Shown piece after piece: positions 37,969-45,893 of a stretch of 64,000 bases of DNA. The DNA is from an uncultured Candidatus Saccharibacteria bacterium. Its GTDB lineage: Bacteria > Patescibacteriota > Saccharimonadia > Saccharimonadales > Saccharimonadaceae. The stretch is from assembly GCA_938017675.1 (NCBI GenBank), contig CALIJB010000005.1, positions 114,140 to 178,139 on the forward strand, written 5' to 3'. The notes under the pieces were generated by a model that saw nothing but the letters and a program-made list of their open reading frames with translations, had not been told where the DNA came from and made no database searches. The position numbers and the translations under genes are program-made. The first letter of the stretch is position 1; each line of letters begins with the position of its first letter.

Positions 37969-39318
37969 ATGAAATCAATTCCCAAACGAACACTGAAATT
38001 TATTGACTCATGGCTAATGCTGCGCAGCCAGTGGGCGCGCTGGCCGGGATTTACGGTGGCGATAGCCAAAGACGGCGAGGTGGTTTTCAATAAAGCCTAC
38101 GGTCTGGCAAATATAGAACACAATGAAACACTAATGACCGATCATCTTTTTCACGTTGCTTCGCAATCAAAAACATTTACTGCTACGGCCGTAATGCAGC
38201 TACAAGAGCGCGGCAAGTTGCGCATCGATGATTCAGCTACGACGCATCTACCGTGGCTGGCGCAGCATAGCGACCAGCGTTGGCATGACGTAACCTTGCG
38301 TCAGTTACTGAGCCATTCGGCGGGCGTAATTCGTGATGGCCAGGCGTCGGGCTTTTGGCAGTTTCAAGGAGAATTTCCAGATGAAAATGAATTCAAGCAG
38401 CAAATCATGAAGTCACAACTGGTGTTCGAACCAAATTCCGAATTCAAATATTCTAATTTTGGCTTTGGATTGCTCGGTTTGGTGGTTAAACAAGCTAGTG
38501 GCAAATCGTACGCTGATGTTGTGGCGGAAAACATCATCACGCCGCTTAACTTAACACAAACCACCACGGAATATTCGCCAGAACTTCGTATGGCTACTGG
38601 CTACAGTAGGTTTGATTTGCGTCAGCAGCGTCGTCCATTCCAGCACATCACAACTGGTGCACTGCAGCCAGCCACGGGATTTTGCTCAACGGCACATGAC
38701 TTGGTGAAATTCTTTGCTGCTTTGCAAGTCGGCTCAGGTAAACTGTTGAGCGATGCTTCCAAACGGGAAATGCAGCGCCCATCATGGCAAGTTGCTGACG
38801 AAGCAAACGCAGGAAGTTACGGTTTGGGTGTCGATGTCACCAAGACCAAGGACAGCAAGCGGCTCGTCGGTCATAGCGGCGGTTATCCAGGATTTGTCGG
38901 CCGCACCTGGTCGCGGATAGACGACGGAATAACCGTTTCGGTGTTGGCTAACGCGTATGATACAGCGCCAGGAATAGTTGCAAATTCGATATTAGGAATT
39001 ATTGATCAATTTGGTGATGCTTCTGATAAAAACCGTCGAAAGTTTGAAGCGCGGTTCGTTAACGATTACGGAGTGTATGAAGTTGTTGATACGGAAAAAG
39101 GATTGAGGGGTTTATGGTCTAATGATTGGCAACCGTTCAATATGGCTGAAGAACTGGAAATAGTCGATGACGCTACTTTAAAAATTGCGAAGGGTAATCA
39201 TTTTAGCTATTTTGGCGAACTGATGAAATATGAGTTTGATGCCAAAAATAAGCCTTCCGCCATGTATCGCAGCGGCGCTAAGAATTATGTTAGTTTAGAC
39301 GGCGATGTAAGGATTTAA
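37969..39318 (+). CDS. Serine hydrolase, beta-lactamase/PBP4*-like family
   Basis: The SxxK motif (ASQSKTFTA), a YSN motif (KYSNFGF) and an HSGG-type third motif are present, with an extra C-terminal domain. Confidence 0.8.
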   Translation: MKSIPKRTLKFIDSWLMLRSQWARWPGFTVAIAKDGEVVFNKAYGLANIEHNETLMTDHLFHVASQSKTFTATAVMQLQERGKLRIDDSATTHLPWLAQHSDQRWHDVTLRQLLSHSAGVIRDGQASGFWQFQGEFPDENEFKQQIMKSQLVFEPNSEFKYSNFGFGLLGLVVKQASGKSYADVVAENIITPLNLTQTTTEYSPELRMATGYSRFDLRQQRRPFQHITTGALQPATGFCSTAHDLVKFFAALQVGSGKLLSDASKREMQRPSWQVADEANAGSYGLGVDVTKTKDSKRLVGHSGGYPGFVGRTWSRIDDGITVSVLANAYDTAPGIVANSILGIIDQFGDASDKNRRKFEARFVNDYGVYEVVDTEKGLRGLWSNDWQPFNMAEELEIVDDATLKIAKGNHFSYFGELMKYEFDAKNKPSAMYRSGAKNYVSLDGDVRI

Positions 39319-39352
39319 AAGGATCTTTGTGTCAAACATAGGTAGAATAAAT

Positions 39353-39973
39353 ATGAATAAAACGAAATTACCAACCGAAGCTCAAGTCAAAAACTTGCAC
39401 AAAAAATACGCCAAAACTGATGCTGATTTTGCGTTGATTTATACTCATTGCCAAGTGGTCGACGCAATTGCGGCGCAGCTTTTGGATGCCAAGCCGAACT
39501 CGCAAATCGACCGCAATTTGCTGCATGTTGCCTGTATGCTTCATGATATCGGTGCGTATGATGTTCTGGAAAACGGTAAATTTGTCGACGGCGTTCGCCA
39601 CGGCGTGATTGGCGAGCAGATTCTGCGAAACGAAGGCTTTCCTGAGCAAATTTGGCGGTTCGCTTCGCATCATACTGGCGTAGGTTTGACCAAGCAGGAT
39701 GTAATTAACCAAAACTTGTCCATTCCGCCAGCCGATTATACTGCCAGCACGCCCGAGGAGCGACTGCTAATGTACGCCGACAAATTTCATTCCAAAAGCA
39801 AACCGCCCAAAGAGCCGCCATATTTTTGCACGTTTGAATGGTATTATAATCTGGTGCAAAAATTTGGCAGCGATAAACAAGCCAAATTTCAGGCGCTAGC
39901 AGACGAGTTTGGTAAACCGGATATTGCGCTTGTCGCCAGTAAGTTTGGTTTTAGTATCAAAGATGTAAATTAG
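39353..39973 (+). CDS. HD-domain phosphohydrolase
   Basis: H...HD motifs are present (HVACMLHDIGA, HHTGVG). The start is moved to the ATG at 39353. Confidence 0.75.
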   Translation: MNKTKLPTEAQVKNLHKKYAKTDADFALIYTHCQVVDAIAAQLLDAKPNSQIDRNLLHVACMLHDIGAYDVLENGKFVDGVRHGVIGEQILRNEGFPEQIWRFASHHTGVGLTKQDVINQNLSIPPADYTASTPEERLLMYADKFHSKSKPPKEPPYFCTFEWYYNLVQKFGSDKQAKFQALADEFGKPDIALVASKFGFSIKDVN

Positions 39974-40066
39974 TGCCAGGCTGGTGCAGGTGACTTGCAG
40001 GTTATAAATTAGCAGCCTAATACGTAGACTTGACCGTCTGGGAATATTTCGCCATAATAATACGTA

Positions 40067-40615
40067 ATGAAAAGAAGCCTTATTATATTGTGTGCGTTAG
40101 TCTATGTCGCTTGTGCTTCAACGGTCAGCGCTGAAGGTCCAACTATGACTCTATTGACTGAGCGGCAGCTTAATTTGGTGCGCAGTAATTGTGCGACGAC
40201 TAAAACTGTTTTAGAGCGTATTCGTGCTAACGACGCTTTGGTGCGCATCAATCTCGGCCGCGAATATGATGCAATTTCTACCAAACTGATGGCGCCGATG
40301 AATAGCCGTATTGCTCTCAATAAGCTCAACGGCATCGACTTAACCAAGACAACCGTCGATTTCGACCATCAAATCGGAAAATTTCGCAACTCTTATCAGC
40401 GTTACGAGCAGATAATGTCGCATATAGCCCAGACGGATTGCCAAGATAAGCCAGCAGACTTTTATATGGATATTGAACGAGCGCGTTATTATCGCGGTGA
40501 TGTACGAAAAGCAGTAGTCGAACTCGAAAAGCTAATTAAGCAATATAGTTCACAAATCGACAAATTAGATTTGTCAAAAACGGGTTTGAGTAGTCAAGGA
40601 GGTAGTAATGACTAG
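40067..40615 (+). CDS. Secreted helical protein, unknown function
   Basis: The signal peptide is MKRSLIILCALVYVACASTVSA. The ATG is 8 nt after CATAAT. Confidence 0.5.
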   Translation: MKRSLIILCALVYVACASTVSAEGPTMTLLTERQLNLVRSNCATTKTVLERIRANDALVRINLGREYDAISTKLMAPMNSRIALNKLNGIDLTKTTVDFDHQIGKFRNSYQRYEQIMSHIAQTDCQDKPADFYMDIERARYYRGDVRKAVVELEKLIKQYSSQIDKLDLSKTGLSSQGGSND

Positions 40616-41018
40616 ACTTCACGCTCGTGCTCGCCTGAAAAAGCGAGCTGATCATATTTGTCAGCGGTGCGGTTTTGCGGCTATGCTGGTCTGTGTAATT
40701 ATAGTATCGCTCGTCATGGTGGCGGTAGCTTTAGAGATGTATAACACCAGCGGTGCAGCACAAGTCGATTTGAGCCGCCCAGGTTTTAGCTCTGTGCAGA
40801 AGCAAGCTGGCGCTAGCGAAGAAACTGAAAAGGGTTTCTCGGCACAAGGGGAGATTGATCAAAAAACTATCAAAGATTTTAAAAATGTATACGACAAACA
40901 CGCCAAACGTGCGGCCGCATCGACCAGTTTTGGTGGCGAGGCGCTATCAGATAGTTCAATTCAAGTCTTTAATGAACGTTCATCGGGAACAGCACCAAGC
41001 GGAGAGGCTTCAAACTAG
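40608..41018 (+). CDS. Membrane-anchored protein, unknown function
   Basis: It has a single TM helix (FAAMLVCVIIVSLVMVAVAL) and overlaps the upstream gene by 8 nt. Confidence 0.45.
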   Translation: MTRLHARARLKKRADHICQRCGFAAMLVCVIIVSLVMVAVALEMYNTSGAAQVDLSRPGFSSVQKQAGASEETEKGFSAQGEIDQKTIKDFKNVYDKHAKRAAASTSFGGEALSDSSIQVFNERSSGTAPSGEASN

Positions 41019-41680
41019 TGAGCGAACTGCTCAATCCTGACGATTTTGTTATTGTTCGCAAGCGCAAAAAATACAAATTTGCCAAGTTTCATAACGCCGA
41101 GAATTGCTTTGAGTTTGACGAATGGCGCGATTTTTACCAGCAGCACCAGCCGGGTATTTTCGGGTTAGAGATTGGCGCTGGTACTGGTTTGTTTAGCGTC
41201 GAATTAGCAGCGCGTTACCCAGATAAGCTGTTTGCGGCGATTGACGTTAAGGCTGACCGTTTGCAAAAAGGCGCTTACACGGCGCTAGAAAAAGGCATGA
41301 AAAATATATTTTTTGTGCGTGCTCGGGCCGATCAAGTTGGGGAGTTAATTCCGCCAAAATCGTTAGAAAATATTTGGGTGACCTTTCCCGATCCGTTTCC
41401 GAAAAAGCGGGCTGCCGGGCGGCGGTTGACACATCCGTATTTTTTGCGCCGTTACGTGCAATTATTGCAGCCTGGCGGCGAGCTGCTTTTCAAGCATGAC
41501 GACCGCGACTTTTTCTGCTGGAGTTTGGAGCAATTAGTGGCAGAAAAATGGCAAATTACAGAGCTAAGCTTCGACCTGCACGAATCATCTCTGGACGACG
41601 AGTATAAAATCATGACGACCTACGAACAGCGCTGGCTGGACGAGGGTAAGGCGATTAATTTTGTGAGAGCTACGTGTTGA
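41018..41680 (+). CDS. trmB: tRNA (guanine46-N7)-methyltransferase
   Basis: LEIGAGTGLF (SAM site) and FPDPFPKKR motifs are present. The GTG start overlaps the upstream stop by 1 nt. Confidence 0.88.
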   Translation: MSELLNPDDFVIVRKRKKYKFAKFHNAENCFEFDEWRDFYQQHQPGIFGLEIGAGTGLFSVELAARYPDKLFAAIDVKADRLQKGAYTALEKGMKNIFFVRARADQVGELIPPKSLENIWVTFPDPFPKKRAAGRRLTHPYFLRRYVQLLQPGGELLFKHDDRDFFCWSLEQLVAEKWQITELSFDLHESSLDDEYKIMTTYEQRWLDEGKAINFVRATC

Positions 41681-41687
41681 TGTTGTG

Positions 41688-42455
41688 CTATCGTGCCAGT
41701 GGAAGCGGGTTAGATCCCTCGCTAGCACCCTGCCAAGCAATGTCAAACAGGCGCGTTTGCACCGAGGCTAGGCTGGTGTTATCGATAATTACTCCGTGCA
41801 TAGAGTTATATTTGTCCAGGGTAATAATAGCCATTTTACTGGCATACAATATTGTGTAGCAACCGTCATCTAGTTTTGGTCCAGCTAAGTAGCGGCTATC
41901 TGCTAAACCTGTCGTTATGCGCAGGGGCTTGGCGTAGCGCAAGACGCGTACTCGTAGGTTTCGTTTAGCGCGTTCGCGGCTAAAATTCGGAAAGTTGTTG
42001 TACAGATAGCGGCTGACGCGCGGCGAAGAAATTACGCGGTACAAGTTAATCTTTTGCAGGCGGCAAGTACTCAATATATCGCGCAAAATATTTGCCAAAC
42101 CTTCGTCGCCCTCGTAAAATGCTGCCATATGCCGGGTTTCGGCGATTTTGTTTGCGGTTCGCAGGCGGACAATGTATTGATCAAGCTGTTGGCCGGCTAT
42201 CTGTAAAGCTTGCTGCTTCTCGCGTAAAATTTCTGCCAAAATGGCTGGATCCTCGGCGCGGTAGCGCAGCTGCTTGCCTTGGGCGACGCTGTTGACGAGT
42301 CCGGCTGCGCGCAGGCTTTTGATAGATTCGTAGACGCTGCCGCGGTTAATATTTGTCGTTTCTGCGATGGCTCGCAGCGAACTATTAGGAATTGCCAGCA
42401 GCGCCTCATATACGCGTTTGTCACGAGTAGACAAGCCGATAATCGAAAAATCCAT
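41688..42455 (-). CDS. TrmB-family (sugar-regulator type) helix-turn-helix transcriptional regulator
   Basis: It has an N-terminal wHTH (LSTRDKRVYEALLAIPNSSLRAIAETTNINRGSVYESIKSLRAAGLV), a coiled coil and a C-terminal domain. Confidence 0.7.
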   Translation of the reverse strand: MDFSIIGLSTRDKRVYEALLAIPNSSLRAIAETTNINRGSVYESIKSLRAAGLVNSVAQGKQLRYRAEDPAILAEILREKQQALQIAGQQLDQYIVRLRTANKIAETRHMAAFYEGDEGLANILRDILSTCRLQKINLYRVISSPRVSRYLYNNFPNFSRERAKRNLRVRVLRYAKPLRITTGLADSRYLAGPKLDDGCYTILYASKMAIITLDKYNSMHGVIIDNTSLASVQTRLFDIAWQGASEGSNPLPLAR

Positions 42456-42563
42456 ATCTGTAATATAGCATAAAAAACAAAATTGTCATAAAATATCAAC
42501 CATTTTGTATGGAATCGGCAGCAGCGGTACGATATGATTTGCTGGTAACGAAAGGAGAATTTT

Positions 42564-42896
42564 ATGGCAAATATTGAAAGATTTGATTCGGGTAGTAAAG
42601 ACTCAAGTGTAAGTGTCTTGACGGGCGAAAGTGCGCGTACTCTTTCGATTCGCGGTGTGCTTGGGGAACAGTTTGATGTCTTGTGTAAAGAAGTACTGAT
42701 GAGCGAAGGAGAAGAGACTATAGGTAGTATTCTTCGCAAAATTATTGATGAATACACCAAAGAAGTCTTACGAGACCCAGAGTTTCTAGAGAAAATCAAA
42801 GAAATCTTACTAGACTCAGAGCGTCGAAAGGAAATGGGTAGACTGGTTGTTCTCTTAGAGATATACGGCCAGCCGGATAATCAGGATTACGCTTAA
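42564..42896 (+). CDS. Hypothetical acidic helical protein (possible ribbon-helix-helix N-terminus)
   Basis: An AAGGAG RBS precedes it. RTLSIRGVLGEQFDVLCKEV resembles a strand-helix RHH start. The evidence is weak. Confidence 0.35.
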   Translation: MANIERFDSGSKDSSVSVLTGESARTLSIRGVLGEQFDVLCKEVLMSEGEETIGSILRKIIDEYTKEVLRDPEFLEKIKEILLDSERRKEMGRLVVLLEIYGQPDNQDYA

Positions 42897-42947
42897 TAGT
42901 GCAAGATAGCAATTATTGCTATAATACAAACAATAAGCAGGAGGAAC

Positions 42948-43289
42948 ATGAATTTTCAAGATTATTCGCAAAAAGCTATTTCAACGCTAACCAGCGATCA
43001 CGCCTACGGCGATATCAGCGCTGATTTGATGGCGCAAATACTAGGTTTGGCTGGCGAGTCGGGCGAGGTGATGGAAAAGTTCAAAAAGCTAATCCGCGAT
43101 AAGCAGGGTAAATTAAATGACGATGATCGCGCAGAAATTATCAAAGAATTGGGCGACGTGCTGTGGTATATTAACTCGGCGGCGCATTTGCTCGGCTCTA
43201 GCTTGGAAGAGGTGGCGCGGCTTAATAACGAAAAGCTAGCCAGTCGCCAGCAGCGCGGCCAGCTGCATGGCAGCGGCGATAATCGGTAA
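42948..43289 (+). CDS. MazG-like all-alpha nucleotide pyrophosphohydrolase
   Basis: EExxE/D-type metal motifs are present (LAGESGEVMEKF, ELGDVLWYI). Size is about 110 aa and an AGGAGG RBS precedes it. Confidence 0.8.
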   Translation: MNFQDYSQKAISTLTSDHAYGDISADLMAQILGLAGESGEVMEKFKKLIRDKQGKLNDDDRAEIIKELGDVLWYINSAAHLLGSSLEEVARLNNEKLASRQQRGQLHGSGDNR

Positions 43290-43293
43290 AACT

Positions 43294-44565
43294 CTAAATC
43301 TTCAGATGCTGCCGCAGCCACTCGTCAATGGTGCCAGCGCCCATGCAGAGGACTAGTTTGCCTAGCTCGCGGTCAAGCATGATAGACTTCCACAAATCAT
43401 CGTTGAGGCTGGCAATATGTACTTCGGGGCGGGTGAGGTTTTTGGTTAAGTCTGCGGGCGTCAGTATCGGTAAATCCGGATTCTCGCGCGTCAAATATGT
43501 CGGCAGCCAATATACGCTGTCAGCGTAGCGAAAAACTTCATTTGTGTACATTGATTGAATTTCGTGCTGGCGGACATTTTGGTGCGGCTGGTAAACAAGA
43601 GTTACTTCACGGGATATTTCGTGCGCCATTTGCAGCGTAGCATATATTTCGGCTGGATGGTGGCCATAGTCGGAGTACAGCCCAGGTGCCAAGCGTTCAA
43701 ATCGCCGCTGCGTACCAGGAAAATTCTCGACGGCGACCTTCACGATGTCAGGATTACCCAGCTTTAGCCGCTCGCAGGCTTTGGCAACCAGCGTGGCGTT
43801 GGCTCGATTATGCCAGCCTGGAATGCGAAAACTTTTAACTTCCTCGTCTTTGAGTACCCAAGATTTATTAACTGGTTCTAAACCGGTAAGAGTGTCCTTC
43901 TTCCAGAGAATAGATAGTTCGCTTTGTACGAGAAATTGTTGGAAAGCTCTGGTATAAGCGGCTTGAGTTGGGTATGTATCTGGATGATCGTAATCAATAG
44001 AAGTAATCAGCGAAAGGTATGGGCTGAAATGCAAGAAGTTGCGATCGAATTCATCGCACTCATATATAAAATACTCGCTGTTCGGCGCGTAGTGCCCGCT
44101 CGGCCCAAAACTGATAGTGGTGCCAATTGAATAACTGATTGGGACGCCGAGTTGGCGCAGCACCCAAATCATCATACCGGTAGTTGTCGTTTTGCCGTGA
44201 GTGCCAGCAATAGCGATCATCTTGAGATTCTTTTCGCTCATAATGTAGCGCAGCAGCTCGTCGCGCTTGGCTGTGTAAATGCCTAATTTTTGCGCTCTCA
44301 CTAGTTCTGGGTGGTCAGCAGGCAAGGCGGCGGTGTAAACGAGCCAGTCGATACGGCGCTGCTTATGGCAGTATTCTAGGTAATCGCCAGACTGGTCATT
44401 AGTGACGACAATGCCGCGCTGCATTAATTCGCTAGTTTCTAGACTCGAGTGCGCGTCCGAGCCTTGTACGCTATGCCCGGCGTCATGAGCTAATTCAGCT
44501 AACGGTCCGATAGCGACGCCGCCAATGCCAGAGAAATAAATATTCATACTTCTACTATAACGCAA
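43294..44565 (-). CDS. murC: Mur ligase family protein, MurC/Mpl-like
   Basis: IYFSGIGGVAIG, IAGTHGKTTTTGM (P-loop), ECDEFDRNF, DYDHPD, PGWHNRANA, DYGHHPAE and YQPHQ motifs are present. The choice between MurC and Mpl is not resolved. Confidence 0.75.
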   Translation of the reverse strand: MRYSRSMNIYFSGIGGVAIGPLAELAHDAGHSVQGSDAHSSLETSELMQRGIVVTNDQSGDYLEYCHKQRRIDWLVYTAALPADHPELVRAQKLGIYTAKRDELLRYIMSEKNLKMIAIAGTHGKTTTTGMMIWVLRQLGVPISYSIGTTISFGPSGHYAPNSEYFIYECDEFDRNFLHFSPYLSLITSIDYDHPDTYPTQAAYTRAFQQFLVQSELSILWKKDTLTGLEPVNKSWVLKDEEVKSFRIPGWHNRANATLVAKACERLKLGNPDIVKVAVENFPGTQRRFERLAPGLYSDYGHHPAEIYATLQMAHEISREVTLVYQPHQNVRQHEIQSMYTNEVFRYADSVYWLPTYLTRENPDLPILTPADLTKNLTRPEVHIASLNDDLWKSIMLDRELGKLVLCMGAGTIDEWLRQHLKI

Positions 44566-44610
44566 TCAAGCTGCTCGTGGTATACTATTAAGTAATGAAG
44601 GGCGGGAATA

Positions 44611-45237
44611 ATGGCCGATAAACGCGCGGCGAGGCGAAATCTTCGGCGTCTTGAGCGAGTCAAGACCTGGCAATTATTGATTTTGTTTGTACTAGTTTGT
44701 TTTGTAGCGGCAACTTTTTTACGTATCAATAATGTTGGCATGATACAGCGCCGCAGTGCTGTGGCGACAGCTGACAAATCAGGCAACGAAACACAAATAT
44801 TTAATCGCCTGCAAGATTTGCAGCGTTACTCAACCACGCATATGAATGCCAGCAGCGGCGTGATTTATCTACAGCATCAGTATGAGCGCGACTCGCAAGC
44901 GGCTATCAAGAGAGCTTCGGCGGCGTCGTCTGAGAACGCAAGAGTTCATGCTCAGGCTGAGGCGGTTTGCCATCCGCAATATAGCGGTTGGTCGATGGCT
45001 TATATCCAATGCTTTGTTAACGAATTATCAAAATATCCCACCTCTGACAAACTCAAAGACCCAGAATTGCCCAACACTGAACTATACCGCCACGAATATA
45101 CGTCGCCGCTTTGGACGCCTGATTTTGCTGGCTGGTCGATAGTTTTGGCAGTAGTGATTTTGGTAGTTATAGTACTGCGTTTGATTAGCCTTGTAATATT
45201 ACACCTATTATTGCGCTATAAATATCGAGCTGCTTGA
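44611..45237 (+). CDS. Membrane protein with N- and C-terminal TM helices, unknown function
   Basis: Hydrophobic segments lie near residues 20-40 and 175-200. Confidence 0.45.
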   Translation: MADKRAARRNLRRLERVKTWQLLILFVLVCFVAATFLRINNVGMIQRRSAVATADKSGNETQIFNRLQDLQRYSTTHMNASSGVIYLQHQYERDSQAAIKRASAASSENARVHAQAEAVCHPQYSGWSMAYIQCFVNELSKYPTSDKLKDPELPNTELYRHEYTSPLWTPDFAGWSIVLAVVILVVIVLRLISLVILHLLLRYKYRAA

Positions 45238-45329
45238 CTGGTACGGCTAGGGGTGTAAAGTGTTGACACTCAATGCAGGTTACGATAAGCTAACAGATGT
45301 AAACCAATACTAATAGGAGGTATAAAACA

Positions 45330-45536
45330 ATGGCTTACAAGCACACGAATTCAAAGGGCGTCACTTATTATCTACACAAAACTGAAGTTACACTTCGCGG
45401 CGGCAAACCGCAAACCATCTACTTTTTCACTAAGGTAGAGAAAAACGAAAAAGGCGAGCCGTGCGATTTGCCAGAGGATCGCGTCGTTAAAGAAAATCCG
45501 CGCAATGGCTTTCTGACAGTTTCTAAGAAGAAATAA
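45330..45536 (+). CDS. Small basic protein, unknown function
   Basis: It has a strong RBS (TAGGAGG) and is followed by an intrinsic terminator. Confidence 0.55.
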   Translation: MAYKHTNSKGVTYYLHKTEVTLRGGKPQTIYFFTKVEKNEKGEPCDLPEDRVVKENPRNGFLTVSKKK

Positions 45537-45551
45537 ATTTTGCTGTTTTTT

Positions 45552-45584
45552 AAAACCCTCGGCTTGTCAGCTGAGGGTTTTTTG
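45552..45584 (+). terminator. Intrinsic terminator
   Basis: A CCCTC...GAGGG stem is followed by a T6 run. Confidence 0.75.
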
Positions 45585-45658
45585 CGGTGGCAAAGTGCTT
45601 GCGTTTAGATAGCAAGTTTGCTACTCTAGATATGTAAACAAACAGGTGCACAAAATTA

Positions 45659-45688
45659 CCTCCCCGATTACCCTAAGGGAGGTTTTTT
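45659..45688. terminator. Intrinsic terminator-like hairpin (CCTCCC-N12-GGGAGG-T6), possibly bidirectional
   Basis: It lies just downstream of the 3' end of the minus-strand tRNA and about 75 nt after the previous plus-strand terminator. Confidence 0.6.
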
Positions 45689-45709
45689 GATTTCTGTGGT
45701 TGATTATGG

Positions 45710-45785
45710 TGGTGGGGGCGGTTGGGATCGAACCAACGACCAACAGGTTATGAGCCCGCTGCTCTAACCCCTGAGCTACGCCCCC
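45710..45785 (-). tRNA. tRNA with CAU anticodon (elongator Met or Ile2/lysidine), CCA encoded
   Basis: The reverse complement is GGGGGCGTAGCTCAGGGGTTAGAGCAGCGGGCTCATAACCTGTTGGTCGTTGGTTCGATCCCAACCGCCCCCACCA. The 1:72 pair is G:C, so it is not an initiator. Confidence 0.85.
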
Positions 45786-45893
45786 ATTGCTGATATTATA
45801 GCGTAAAATCATTACGACGTACAGATTATTTGTTGACTGGCTCGATTTGCTTATGTTACTATGTCAGGTATATAACCCAAGTGAGGTAGGAGT

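Noticed and set aside
42197-42799. 200-aa minus-strand ORF spanning the TrmB-regulator start, the intergenic region and the 42564 gene
   Set aside because: It crosses a divergent promoter region and overlaps two better-supported genes. It has no recognisable domain.
45621-45812. 63-aa minus-strand ORF
   Set aside because: It overlaps the tRNA(CAU) gene at 45710..45785, so the ORF is a by-product of the tRNA sequence.
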